Shown: piece by piece, positions 14,259 to 27,213 of the stretch
How positions within the stretch are numbered: the stretch's first letter is position 1
Layout: every line of letters begins with the position of its first letter
DNA from: Aplysia californica
Taxonomy: Eukaryota
NCBI RefSeq assembly: GCF_000002075.1
Contig: NW_004797776.1
Coordinates: 30,203 to 94,202, forward strand
Length of the DNA stretch: 64,000 bases
Direction: 5' to 3'
Notes under the pieces: model-generated
What the model saw: the letters and a program-made list of their open reading frames with translations, nothing else
Told to the model about the DNA's origin: nothing
The model's database searches: none
Position numbers and translations under genes: made by a program

Positions 14259-14735
14259 GGGCTCGCGTCGGCGGTCTTGGGGTAGCTAGGGTGCTCGCCT
14301 CTCATTCAATAATAGGTTCCGGGTTCAAATCCTGACAGCGACGAGAAAATTAGAGAAATTTCTCCGTTCACCTCCTTTCTTGCTCTCTAATTATGTTCTA
14401 TAGTCTGCTTTTGTCTCCACTTCCCCCCTCCCCCTCTTCTGGGCTCCTGAATCTTTCTGCAGCCTTTCAACTGCTACTCATTAATTCTCCTTTGTGCTGT
14501 CTTTCCGCAACACCCCTGATCTTAGGGTACATAAGATCGAACATGTAGCCTTCTCGGGTAAGGGTGAAAATGAAAAATTTTGGAGGTCCTGTGTGCAAGT
14601 CCTAAAACCGGGAAGAGTGGGCTGAAGCCGCCTCCCGGTCAAAATTAAAATATTAATTCCTACCAAACTGAACATGTTTAATGTGTGCCTCGCGCTCATA
14701 TGACCTTATGCGGTGGCGAGCGCCGTAAAACAATT
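14259..14735 (+). mobile_element. tRNA-derived MetaSINE-like element; related copies at ~18430-18915, 21622-21800 (-), 23886-24037, 31270-31670 and 53760-54005
   Basis: B-box-like GGTTCAAATCC. Across the family, a central GAGGTCCCGTGTG / GCACGTTAAAGATCCC / AAGAGTAGG segment resembles the Meta domain. 3' tail is GCGCTCATATGACC...GAGCGCCGTAAAAC. Confidence 0.65.
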
Positions 14736-14844
14736 TTTAAAAAATAAAAAATAAAAAAACAAAAATACAGATGGCAGAAAGTAAATTTGATCGCCACTTG
14801 CCACTTACACTTGTCAAATATTGCTAGCTTATTTTGGGAAAATG

Positions 14845-14845
14845 G

Positions 14846-14895
<50 letters not shown>

Positions 14896-15942
14896 GCTGT
14901 TGTTGTTATCATCCAGCAACAGCTGGGCTCTCGCCTTTCTGTCCAATGCCATGCAGTGATAAGTGCAGGTTTGCTGCAGTTGCAGTAAAGTTCCATAGAG
15001 TGTGTTGTTAATGTTAGGTCTCGGAGGGAGAAGGGTAGTCTGATGTTATTTAGGGCCGAGCAGTGGAACAGGTGATGATCCACAGTCTCATATGCACAGT
15101 CACACAAGGGGCACATTGGGGGAAGTTCCGGGTTTATTCTGTTCAGGTGGGAGTTGAGCTGTATAATATGTTCTGTTCTAGTTCGTAGGCGGAAGATCGA
15201 GGTCTGTTTCTTTCTCTGTATGTGGTTGATATTGTCATTCCTTTTTGTTGTGGTCATATGTTTGAAAACTGCTGTGTCTGTCTTTCCCAGGGCCCATCTG
15301 TTCATCCAATCTTGTTTGTTGTTGCTTTTAATTTGTTTAGCAGTGTTGTAAGAAGTTGGAATGTTGGGTTGTTCCTGTCTCGATCTCCGTTTGGCAAGTG
15401 TGTCTGCTCTGTCATTTCCAGGTATGTTTGAGTGTCCGGGGACCCACTGCACTACTAGGTTGGTGCCACAGAATGTTATAAGATGATGGGAGCCAAACGG
15501 TATATTTTGAGTCAAATCTCGGTTTAGATGATGGTCATTTTCTACGGCTTGTAAGACTGATAGTGAGTCAGTGAAAATCACAATACTCTGTGCTTTTCCA
15601 GGATGAGTGTCAAAAACTATGCGGAGATTGTACAGTGCTGTTTTAATTGCCATCATTTCTGCATCGTAGTTTCTGCATTTCTCTCCACAGGCTGCAGAGA
15701 CCTCATTGGAACTTCCATCTGGGTACTGTATTAGTATTCCATATCCGGCTTTGGTTGTGCATTTGAATGCTGAGCCGTCCGTATAGACGTGTATCCACTC
15801 ATCTGAATAGCTGTCGATTGTTTGATGTGATGCAAGCATCAGCGTCACTGGGTCTGAAGATTTGGTGCTATTGTCTCTGAGAGATGTTGTAATGATAGGC
15901 TTTTTTAAAAAGAAAAGTGGGGAGGGATGTTTTGGTTGACTG
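14845..15942 (-). mobile_element. 3' fragment of an RNase H-containing non-LTR retrotransposon (I/Ingi group)
   Basis: Translates to VYTDGSA...YDAEMMAI...IFTDSLSVLQA...QWVPGHSNIPGNDRADTLAK (RNase H) and a C-terminal CPLCDCAYETVDHHLFHC motif, followed by a (CAA)n tail. Confidence 0.9.
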
Positions 15943-16230
15943 TATGTATGTATAGTATAAGGTTTTACGGCGCTCGCAACTGCTAAGGTCATATGAGCGC
16001 GCGAAACACAAGTTGTTNNNNNNNNNNNNNNNNNNNNNNNNNNNNNNNNNNNNNNNNNNNNNNNNNNNNNNNNNNNNNNNNNNNNNNNNNNNNNNNNNNN
16101 NNNNNNNNNNNNNNNNNTGGATGGCTCTTGTGGTGTTATGTTTTTGTTGTAAAACCCCAAAAAATAAAATAAAGGCTCAAATGAAGCCCAAGGGAAAAAA
16201 CAAAAAGCAAAAAAAACAAAACAAGACAAG

Positions 16231-17593
16231 ATGAGCGCCGCTGTAGTTCTCGTCCTCTTCTCCGTCCTGACTGCGACACAAGCGTGCGGTCAGTACCTTT
16301 TGGAAAACTAGAATTTTAACATGCAGTTAAGAGGTCCGTTTACAGAATAGAGTTTACCGAAAGAAAAGTATAGAATTATGTTAGTGTTGAGTTGCCAATA
16401 TCTTTTCAAAGTTGTTTGAAAAAAAGGTGGCTGGAAGTACACCAATTTTTAGCTACTGTTTTACTAACTTCAGCAGTGCCACTAAGACGGTTAGCACAAC
16501 GCAGAGTCTTGCTATTTGGAACTGACAGAATGGTATAATAATATCACATCATGAAAAGCTGGGGGTCAAATTGCAAAAGGGAGGGGGGACAAAGACAAAA
16601 TACTGACAACTTGCTTCTTCACACTAAAGCTGTTTGCTTTTCTTTCTCATAATAAAAAAAATATGAATACGTCTTGGTTGAAAAAAAATTAGAAATTTGT
16701 AAAATAAATAATATAGATCATTGCATGTTACCTCTTCATTTCATGCCAAAATTAATTTGATGTTTTTGTTTTTCTGTTGCCCCTCCACCTCTATTGCTCT
16801 CCACATTTCTAACTCCCTAGAGGGTCCGGACGTGTGCAATGTAATCAGGATGGAAAGTTGGAGCTACGAGTACTCCGAGAAGATTGTGGAAAACGCCACA
16901 TGGGTCCTCAACATGACGGTCGTAGATCGGCAGTCCGCGACTGAGTGTACCCTGGGTGAATCCTTCGGATACCAGAAAGCTACCCTGTGGGTGAATCACG
17001 GCTGTCGAGCTGCTTTCAAAGTTTGTTATCTCCCAGGTAAGTTTTAGTAAGTTTTATTACACTTGCGACATAATGTTATAAGTGCCGAATATTGTTATAA
17101 GAGAATTAACTAACCCGCCAGAAAGTAGAGGACGACAGATGTTTGTTAGGAAAGGTGCAAACCACACAAGATCACCACCTGCCAACAACCCACATGTCTC
17201 CGGTAAGAACACTTGATTCGTTGTGATAAGCAAAATGTAAGGTGCTTGACGAAGCTTATTTTATTTCTTCAAAAGGCTCTGTTCACTTTTCTTTCCTAGC
17301 AACGTTTCCTAATTAATGTTCATTAGTTGAGAAAAATATAGATTGTGCCGGACCTTTTCAAGAAATGTTAACGTCGTTCAGAGAATGTGTAGTTCGTTAT
17401 CCTCGTCATTTCTGACTCCCCAGTGAGGTCGACCAAGTGCAAAGTACTTACGATGGAAAGTTTGAACTATGAGTACGCCGAACAGAAGGTGAAGAAGGCT
17501 GCACTGTTCATCAACATGACCGTTGAAGATCAGCAGTCCGAGGCCAGTTGCGATCTGGATAAATCCTTCGGCTTCGACAACCCGCTACGTTAA
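16231..17593 (+). pseudogene. Egg-lectin-like gene, copy 3, truncated; exons 16231-16288, 16821-17036, 17424-17593
   Basis: Exon 3 breaks at 17580 (TTCGACAA|CCCGCTACG) and joins sequence equal to copy-1 position ~6313. The reading frame ends FGFDNPLR*, and exon 4 is absent. Confidence 0.82.
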
Positions 17594-19142
17594 TGTACGC
17601 AATTTGTGATGAAGCGTGATAAAGTGTGAGTGCTGACGCTGTGGACCCCGGCTCTAACATAATGGTCACTGTTAAATCCAGCATAAAATAACATTATACT
17701 AATACATTTTTCTAAAAAGCTTTTATAGCCTACTTATAAAGAGAAAATATCAGATATCAAAACTGGACGCTACCATTAAACTTCCTTCATACTATCTCAT
17801 AAGTCCACTTCCAATGGGAATCCCAAACTGCCTCAAACAACCTGTATGTTCAAAGCTTGAAGGCAGATTCACCCGGGTTATCAGCATATATAATTATTAT
17901 ATTTATCTAGAATGACACCAACAGAGCCGATAGTGCGCCCTGTATACGTCGGCCACGGTACAGAATCAGACTAAATAATTTTGTGAGGCATCATGGTGAA
18001 ATCAGGCGCTCGTTAAAACAATAAAATCGAAGAAACAGACATTTTTCCCCCTCAAGTTTGGCAATTTGTGTCGAATTTTTATATCTTTTGGACTCAACAC
18101 ATTACACGTCCATAAAACTACTTTTCCGTGTGAATTTTACTGAACAACTTTGGTTATAACACAAAATATGTAAATTTTCAGTTTTCAAGGACTCTCAAGC
18201 TATAGAAGTTACAAAACCTTGACGACCATTTTCTCGCATTTCTTTTTTACCTCAGAAAACAGGTTAACCCCAATCAAGACAGATGGGTATTTTCTTCACC
18301 GAAAAAAAAGGACAAATAAACAAGCGCTACGGATATACCAATAACTCCACATTCCCATAAAATGACGAGCGCCTGATTCCACCGCGTCATGATAAATGTG
18401 TTGATGCTATTGTAGAGATGCAGACGTGGGCTCGCGTCGTGGTCTTGGGGTAGCTAGGGTGCTCGCCTCTCATTCAATAATAGGTTCCAGGTTCAAATCC
18501 TGACAGCGACGAGAAAATTAGAGAAATTTCTCCGTTCACCTCCTTTCTTGCTCTCTAATTATGTTCTATAGTCTGCTTTTGTCTCCACTTTCTCCCCCAC
18601 CCCCCACCCCCCTCTTCTGGGCTCCTGAATTTTTCTGCAGCCTTTCAACTGCTACTCATTAATTCTCCTTTGTGCTGTCTTTCCGCAACACCCCTGATCT
18701 TAGGGTACGTAAGATCGAACATGTAGCCTTCTCGGGTAAGGGTGAAAATGAAAAATTTTGGAGGTCCCGTGTGCAAGTCCTAAAACCGGGAAGAGTGGGC
18801 TGAAGCCGCCTCTCGGGGCAAAATTAAAAAATTAATTCCTACCAAACTGAACATGTTTAATGTGTGCCGCGCGCTCATATGACCTTATGCGGTGGCGAGC
18901 GCCGTAAAACAATTTAAAAACAATAAAAAATTAAAAAACAAAAATACAGATGACTGATAGTAAATATGATCGCCACTTGCCACTTACACTTATCAAATAT
19001 TGCTAGNNNNNNNNNNNNNNNNNNNNNNNNNNNNNNNNNNNNNNNNNNNNNNNNNNNNNNNNNNNNNNNNNNNNNNNNNNNNNNNNNNNNNNNNNNNNNN
19101 NNNNNNNNNNNNNNNNNNNNNNNNNNNNNNNNNNNNNNNNNN

Positions 19143-22100
19143 TGGGCTCTCGCCCTTCTGTCCAATGCCATGCAGTGATAAGTGCAGGTTTGCTGCAGTT
19201 GCAGTAAAGTTCCATAGAGTGTGTTGTCAATGTTAGGTCTCGGAGGGAGAAGGGTAGTCTGATGTTATTTAGGGCCGAGCAGTGAAACAGGTGATGATCC
19301 ACAGTCTCATATTATGCACAGTCACACAAGGGACCCATTGGGGGAAGTTCCGGGTTTATTCTGTTCAGGTGGGAGTTGAGCGGTATATGTTCTGTTCGTA
19401 GTTCGTAGGCGGAAGATTGAGGTCTGTTTCTTTCTCTGTATGTGGTTGATATTGTCATTCCTTTTTGTTGTGGTCATATGTTTGAAAACTGCTGTGTCTG
19501 TCTATCAAAGGGCCCATCTGTTCATCCAATATTGTTTGTTGTTGCTTTTAATTTGTTTTGCAGTGTTGTAAGAAGTTGGAATGTTGGGTTGTTCCTGTCT
19601 CGATCTCCGTTTGGCAAGTGTGTCTGCTCTGTCATTTCCAGGTATGTTTGAGTGTCCGGGGACCCACTGCGCTACTAGGTTGGTGCCACAGAATGTTATA
19701 AGATGATGGGAGCCAAACGGTATATTTTGAGTCAAATCTCGGTTTAGATGATGGTCATTTTCTACGGCTTGTAAGACTGATAGTGAGTCAGTGAAAATCA
19801 CAATACTCTGTGCTTTTCCAGGATGAGTGTCAAAAACCATGCGGAGATTGTACAGTGCTGTTTCAATTGCCATCATTTCTGCATCGTAGTTGCTGCATTT
19901 CTCTCAACAGGCTGCAGAGACCTCATTGGAACTTCCATCTGGGTACTGTATTAGTATTCCATATCCGGCTTTGGTTGAGCATTTGAATGCTGAGCCGTCC
20001 GTATAGACGTGTATCCACTCATCTGAATAGCTGTCGATTGTTTGATGTGATGCAAGCATCAGCGTCACTGGGTCTGAAGATTTTGTGCTATTGTCTCTGA
20101 GCGATGTTGTAATGATAGGCTTTTTAAAAGAAAAGTGGGGAGGGATGTTTTGGTTGACTGTTTTGTTGAATTCGTTTCTTTGGTTTCCATGTTTCTACTA
20201 ATTTCCTGTTTGGGGGGTTGGGGCACATTCTTATAGTTCTTTCATGTAGCTCAAAAACTACTTCTGCGGATTCCCTGGGGTTCAACATTTGAAAGGATTT
20301 TGCACGCGGCGGTAGGTGTGGATCTCGTGCCACCATTTAAAACAACGAAGGGCATCGTTTTGGACCTTGTCAAGGGTGTTGCAAGTAGTTGTATTGCACA
20401 TAGTGAGTAAGCTGTCGCTGTATTCCAGAGAAGATCGGACATAACCAAGGTATAGAGCTCTCAGAGTTTGTTTGTCTGATCCCCATAAACTGCTTGCGAG
20501 TTTCTTAAAAAGTTGGAGCCCTTTTATTTGTGCCTTTTTCCTTATGTTCTCCACTTGGCTTTTCATGGACAGACTATGGTCAAGTTTGTCTCCTACGTTA
20601 GGTTGGATGTTCTTCTTTGTGGACATTTTCATTTCCTATCTTTAGTTTGAGATTTTCTTTGGCTGCTTTTTGGCTCTTCGTAAAGATGGTGTATACTGTT
20701 TTCGTGCAGGTTATTTTAAGTTTCCATTTCTGACAGTAATTGTGGAGCCTCTTGAGGTCTTCATTTAATTCCCTGCTTCTACAATCGTGCTGTGATGTGT
20801 CTACCAGAGAGCAAAATCATCGGCATAAATCATAAAGAGTCTTTTCTGATTTTAGCACGTTCGCTACATCATTAAAGAAGATCTAATCAGGAACAAAGTG
20901 CAACTCAGACAGGAACGTTGAAGAAAGCGTTCCTCGAGTACTTCTCTTGACGAGTGGGCATTGCTTGCCTTGGTTTCAATTTTTCGATCCGACAGGAAGA
21001 ACTGGATCCATTTGTAAAGTTTGCCATGTATCCCGAGGTCCATCGTTTTCATGAGTAGGCCTTTTCTCCACACTCTGTCGTACGTCTGTTGGATGGAGAT
21101 CTACAAAGATGGCGACAGTGTGTTTAGTCTCCTGAAATCCATCCTGGATGTTTTGACTCAGTTTAAAACGTTGATCTTCTGTGTTGCTGTCTTTTCTGAA
21201 ACCTGTTTGGTGTGGGTTTAAGCTGTTACTGTTAGTGTTTTCCAGGTACCAGTAGAGGCGGTTGTTCACCATTCTTTCAGCAATCTTACCGATACATGAT
21301 GTTAATGAGATAGGTCGGTAGCTTTGCGCTTCTCCAGCTGGTTTCCCCTTTTTTAGGAGCGGTATAATCTGGGCGATCCTCCATGCCTTTGGTATTCCAC
21401 TCGTTCTCCACGTGGTGTTTATCAGGGAAAGAAGAACTTCTTTTCCTTTATCACCAAGGTTGCAGAGCATTTCGTTGCGCATTTTATCTGGTCCTGGTGC
21501 TGTCTTTTCCTTTAGCTTTTTGAGGGCCTGACTGAGTTCCATCATCATGCTATAATATGATCCTCTTCAAAAAGCGAGTTGTTCACAGTAGGGGCTTTTT
21601 CTTTGTTTGTATTTTGTAAAGTGTTTTACGGCGCTCGCAACTGCGTAAGGTCATATGAGCGCGCGGGACACATCTAATATTTTCAGTTGGTAGGAAATTT
21701 TTGAATTTAGCCCGGGTGGCGGCCGAAGCCTACTCTTATCGATTTTAGACCACCAAAGGATCTTTAACGTGCGCAACTTGCACACGGGCCCCCCGAGATT
21801 TTTCGCCCTGCTTTTTCTTTATGCTCAGCCCTATTTATGAGGAGTCTCCTCGGTTAGTCTGTCTCAACTGTCTGCCCTGTTTACAGAGGCGAAAAACCGT
21901 TTAAAATGTTTGGCTTTCTTCTGGTCTTCAGTGATGGTGCTGCCAAAGGAAAAAAAGGTTTGGGGTTGCTTTTTTTGTCTTTCATCCGAGAGGTTGCTGA
22001 CAAGGGACCAAGCCTTTGTTCCATTGTGGCGAAGGTCAAGATCTTTGCAGGTTTGAGTCCATTTCTCTTTTTTGGCTTTTTTTACAGTCACTTTCACCTG

Positions 22101-23590
22101 AGCGCATGTCTTGTTGTAGTGTATTTTGTTTATTGGTGATCGTGATTTTTCAAATGACTGTCTGGCTTTCTCTCTTTCTGCCACAGCAGTCTGGATTTCT
22201 TCACTCCCAAAACGGTTTGAAATTTCTTCGGCATCCCCGTGGAATATGCTGAGATTCAGCTTTAAGAATATTTTTGGGGACTTGTTCATTAAAAAGATCA
22301 GCATCTTCTGTTTCTGCTATGCTAGAGAGCAATTCGTCCGAGATCTTTTCGTATTCTGCCCAGTTGGCTTTCTTAAAAATCCTTTGAGTCCTCTGAGGGT
22401 GGTTCAATGCAGGTAGGGAGGTGATCTGTATAACGATAGGCCTGTGATCACTTCCTATGTCATCAATCACTTCGATGCGACAGGAGTTTTTAATGTCGGG
22501 TGAGCAGATGGTGAGATCAGGCCGGCTGAGAGTCAAGTGGGCTCTGTGAAGTAAGGTAGGGGTTGAGTTGACATCTTGTAACACAGATAGGTTGCTGGTT
22601 TCGCACAGCTCCTCAATCGTTCGGCCTGTGCCGTTATAGTGGACGTAGCCCCTGTTGTTACTGGAACATAAAACAAAGATTTTACACTACTAACCTTCTG
22701 TCACAGGAATTAGCCAAACCTGTTCCTCTGCTCTGTGTTGTGATTCCTTCCGCAGCTTTGGGGCCCCGATGCGTTGGATTGGAATCTCACACTTCACGCA
22801 CAACTGAACCGAGGCTCTAACTACCCTTTTCACAACCTATACTGTCAGCAGGCCTCCTCTGCCTTGATACAACTCTCTCCTCTCAAAGTCCCACCAGTGT
22901 AACTCAGACTTTTATACAACTAGCAAACAATACTACTGAACACAGACTCACACTTTGCTCACTCTCACACTTTCAGCCAAACAATATAATAGGCTAGGCC
23001 TAACCCCCTGCCACAACCAAAAACAACCAAATACACCACAGCCCCATTCAGGAGTGGCCATTGAAGTCACCCGCATAAATGGTTTTTCTCATAGTAGGCT
23101 GCTTGCAGATCAGACAAGTCGCATGTTGTTTGGGGGGGGGGGGGGGGCTGTAAACATTGTAAAGTGTGTACTTCCTACCAATGTGCCATATGGTGGCCTT
23201 CTGGGAATCTGTCGGTTGGGCAGATGATAAGTGTACGACATCTTCCTGAATATCGTTTCGCAGGTTAAGTGACTACACCGCGGCATCATGTTCATGTACA
23301 GGCGTAACTGGTGCATCCTGTGAGGTCCAGGTCTGTACCTTAGTGTAGGGTTTCTTGAAAGAGGCCAACATGAAACTGCCTGTCCTTCAGGACTTTGAGG
23401 AGTTCTGTTTTCTTGTTCCTCAAACCACAGATGTTGAGTTGCAAGAGGTTGAGGGTTGTAATTGGCTCCCTTCTCACGCCGAGAAATTTTCCGTGCTGAA
23501 TTAGCACTGTTTCTGCGTGTATCACCAGTATAAGTAGCTGACTTGTTGCTCAGAGCAGCCCGGTGATTGCGCTGCCTGGAGCGGACCTTG
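19143..23590 (-). mobile_element. Near full-length, degenerate APE-RT-RNase H non-LTR retrotransposon (I/Ingi group)
   Basis: APE motifs QLNICGL...FQET, GDFNGHS and SDHRP; RT motifs APGPD, YRPISLTSCIGK, QTGFR and YADD (~20816-20827); RNase H at ~19.5-20.0 kb. Many stops and frameshifts. Confidence 0.9.
22653..23040. mobile_element. Solo LTR (388 bp) inserted in the LINE endonuclease domain
   Basis: TG...CA termini and a perfect 5-bp target-site duplication GCCCC (22648-22652, 23041-23045). Removing it rejoins GDFNGHS.EWG|YVHYNGTG. Confidence 0.75.
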
Positions 23591-24134
23591 TTTAAGGGGG
23601 GTGGGGAGGGTACACCTGAACGCTTTCTCGCTTATTACAGCACCAAATTTTACCAAATTTCACACATATAACAAGCATAGTAAGGAATCTTAAAATCCGC
23701 AATCAAATTTGAGAAAAAAGTTGCGTTTCCATGGATATGGCGGCCATATTGGATTTTGTAGACATGTCTTACGTAATGAATACCGCACTTATTGCTCATT
23801 GAAATTCATCGTTTTTTTGTTGGGTTTTTTTGCATACGTGGAAATTTGTCTTTTGTATTATCCTAAACGAATTAGAATTTTTTAATGCACGTTAAAGATC
23901 CCATGATGGTTTAAAATCGATGAGAGTAGGCTTCGGCCGCCACCCGGGCAAAATTCAAAATTTCCTACCAACTGAAAATGTTTAATGCGTCCCGCGTGCT
24001 CATATGATCTTAAGCAGTTGCGAGCGCCGTAAAACACTTAGATCTACCCCCAAAAAAGGTGGGAAAAAGAAATGTATGTATTTTAAAAGAAAACTGGTAA
24101 AATTGTTAATACTACATGTATGCATTTAAAACCC

Positions 24135-24577
24135 GGTTGCAGTGTGATGGTGAGGGGTTGAATATCTTTCAACCACAGAACCTATTCGCACATTTTCAAC
24201 ACTGCGGTCGACACCAACGAGTACCAGTCAGAATGTTCTCCGGACGTGGTTCCCTTCTTTCAAACACATAGACGTATGCACACATTCCAGCAAAGACAAT
24301 GCACGCCCACACATTGTAAAGGTGCAATATCTACAGCACAAAAAGTGAATATTTTGCCATTGCCAGCCTACTCACCACACGTGTCACCCAAGGGCCTGAG
24401 AGTGAGCTTCCAAAACGACATTAACACCGCACAACTACTAGGACAAGCTTTGATTCAAGAGTAGAATAGACTGCCACAACAATTACTTTTTTTTTAAAGA
24501 GAAAAGAAAAACTGACCATCAATGAACGGAACATGCTAGGCTTGCATTATTGCTAAGGACGACAATACCCGCTACTG
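24135..24577 (+). mobile_element. Tc1/mariner transposase remnant
   Basis: Frameshifted SVMV.G.IS...VVPF...FQQ.DNARPH...VNILPLPAYSP.VSP...CIIAKDDNTRY*, typical of the Tc1 DDE C-terminus. Confidence 0.7.
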
Positions 24578-25174
24578 ACGTGAAATTATGAAATCAAGCC
24601 GGTGTCACCATGAAACATGATCAAGAAAAAAAAGGTAATTCACTGCTTGACATACTTTGAAGTTTGTCTGTGTAAAATTTTGTTTTTATACATGTATGTT
24701 GAATAATAAGAACAACACAGGCTTAGAACTCTCTAACTTCCTAAATGGAAAGTATCTATTACCGATGTGTACATGTATACATCTCTTTTACAAATCTCGA
24801 TGAGTGGGTACAACATCTGCCCCAAATGGGATTATGCCGAGGTATGAACTCTTGCGGGCCTCAAACGACACAGGCCGTCCGTGGGATATGCGATCCAAAG
24901 GCCACCCTTGAGGCCGCCTTGAGTGAGGCGACCCTGGCCAAAGGCACACACACAGCACAGGCTGGGACTGTGTATACCTAGTGCATACCAACGTGGCAAC
25001 AAATCACAAGTCTAACAATAGGTCTATATTTCAAAATATTTGAAAAAGAAGCAAAAGAGGCTTTAGTCCAAAACGTGGCTTCTCCATAGGTCTAAAGACA
25101 CAAACATCAACTTGCTTTGTGAATTGGTGTATTATTTTTCAGACTACAGGAATTATTTACGTTAGTTTTATTGC

Positions 25175-25405
25175 TTTAGTAAGGTTTTACGGTGCTCGTA
25201 ACTGCATAAGGTCATATATGAGCGCCAAGGGGTGGACGTCAACAGAGAAGTCCAAATGGGGAATCAGGCTCACTCTGCTCATCTCTCTAGCCTCAACAGC
25301 ACAAAGTCCGCTTCGACTATCAAGGCACCCCAGAAATAGCAGTTCACAAGAGATTGACAAACATACAAAAGAAGTAGAGGAAAAATGTCGACAGTAAGGA
25401 TGAGG
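25175..25405 (-). mobile_element. SINE-like repeat family; related segments at ~28805-28930 and 29890-30020
   Basis: Repeated sequence that shares the GCGCTCATA...GACCTTATGCAGTTACGAGCAC.GTAAAAC tail. Confidence 0.55.
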
Positions 25406-26100
25406 AAAGAAAAAGTAGCAGTTCCCCCTATGCTGTTTCGGCAAAGTATGAGCATGGCATTGATAATTCAGCCCATTTACAATTCTACTGTGCATAGGAA
25501 CATATTAATATCTCATCCGTTTGAATTTTAATTGATGTAGTCACAACATATAGACGCGTTACCAGGTAAACATGAGAGATGTAAATCTTTACATTTGAGA
25601 CTGATGAAGAGGAGGAGAAATAGGATTGATCTAGATCCTGAGACCAAGAACTGGATAAATAAAAAAGGGCATGTCTCGTTGAATTAAGAGACTTTTATCA
25701 TCAGTCAAAAGGTTGACCACTCTTTGCTCAGTATAAGTTGTGGTCTTCAGCCCATATTAAGTAAAGACTGATCTCTGAAAAGATACCCAGATGCCACGTC
25801 AGTTCATTTCAAAGTAAGAGGAAACCGTTTTGCTGACTGTGGGCCTGACCATGAGTCACTGTAGATTTTTCACCCTGATTATTTGGCTGAGATCCTTTTC
25901 TTTTAAAATCCTGAATTTTCCTTGCTCCCAAACACCAGACTCTTAGGCATCTACTGTAGTAGAAAGAAGAATACCACACGTAACTGTTGTACATCTACCC
26001 AAACAAAAAAAACTGGCATACATACAAATATACATAAATTTGTGAGTACATCATAACAACAAAAGAGAACTTTTCAAACAAATGTTAAAACAATTCCACT

Positions 26101-26106
26101 TTTATT
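26101..26106 (-). promoter_or_regulatory. Candidate SELENOF polyadenylation signal AATAAA (3' UTR about 1.7 kb)
   Basis: TTTATT on the + strand, downstream of the SECIS and followed by T/GT-rich sequence on the minus strand. Confidence 0.45.
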
Positions 26107-27213
26107 CCGAAAAACAACCAACCAGTCACTAATATTATTTAAATTTTGGCATCCAACGCAAATATTCAAATAAAGTTCAAGTTCAAGAACACTTTCACAC
26201 TTCCCAGCAGTACATATTCCTGATTATGCACTCAAAAAATATGTATCTATATAAATCTGAACTTTCTTGACTCATACTCATACAAGGTGGATTTGAGAAA
26301 ATACATTATACCAAAGTGCAATTCGAGTATGTACAGCGTTTTCCAAAATGAGAGAGTCTGAGAATGGGGGTCTGAAAGCACAGACAAGATATGAATAATA
26401 TAATGCCCTGGCAAACTCTGACCTGTACTCTATAACATACTGGGAGGTTTTCTTGCTCTCATTAAAAAAAAAAAACGTTCCTCAAGTATAAAAACTTAAC
26501 AAATCAAACACCAACGTTTTTTAATCGTGATCAAGTGATCCAAGTAGGAAAATGGAAGCTCATTAAGTATGTCAGAAGACACTTGTACATTCATCTACAC
26601 CACCATAAAGATATACAACAGGAAACACACTCACTCTCATAAAACAATCATCACTTGACGACCTCAAAGACCATAAATCATAAGAAACACTATCTAGCTG
26701 TTCCCTGCAATGTCTTGCCCATGTGATACCCCTCTATGTCACATGGTGGGCTACACAAATATGATAGCATCCAACGTACAAAGCAGATCTTACAATTTAA
26801 TGTCTAGCATTTAAGGTGTCGAACTCACACAAAGATCATTGGCTGGAATTCTGGAAGGGATGGAAAGGACTGTGTACCCCCTAAAGGGAACGATACCCTG
26901 TCTTCCTCGGTTCACCCAGATGCTAATGACAACTTTGAAATCATCAGAGACAGGAATTAAGAAAATTACTGCTGTAAGCACCTGATGGCAGCCACATTTC
27001 TTGTCCTTCTAGGGAGAGAAGACAAAACTGAATAAACAAGACTGCCAAGGAAGTTACTGTGAAGTGTTCTTTTTCTCTTAAAAGTCTTCCATTGAGAGGG
27101 GGACAAGACTAACAAACATCACTTTCACATGAAGTCTCTGTAGCTTTCACATGCATACAGCCAAGCACTCAAGTCAGAGTAGACTCAGTCACGTCAGGAG
27201 TTGTGTGTAACTC

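Larger units (their letters stand above)
1..20160 (+). repeat. Tandem segmental duplication, three units starting near 1, 7111 and 16129, each containing the lectin gene and its downstream flank
   Basis: Very high nucleotide identity across exons, introns and flanks. Units are separated by 100-N gaps. Confidence 0.9.

Noticed and set aside
23480-23590. Possible 2A ribosome-skipping peptide at the 5' end of the Ingi-like LINE (QLLIL then GD in a shifted frame)
   Set aside because: No D(V/I)ExNPGP motif is present in the minus-strand frames I read.
25595-25725. CTGATGA motifs on both strands with nearby hairpins, as a possible hammerhead ribozyme
   Set aside because: There is no correctly placed GAAA after stem II and no consistent three-stem fold.
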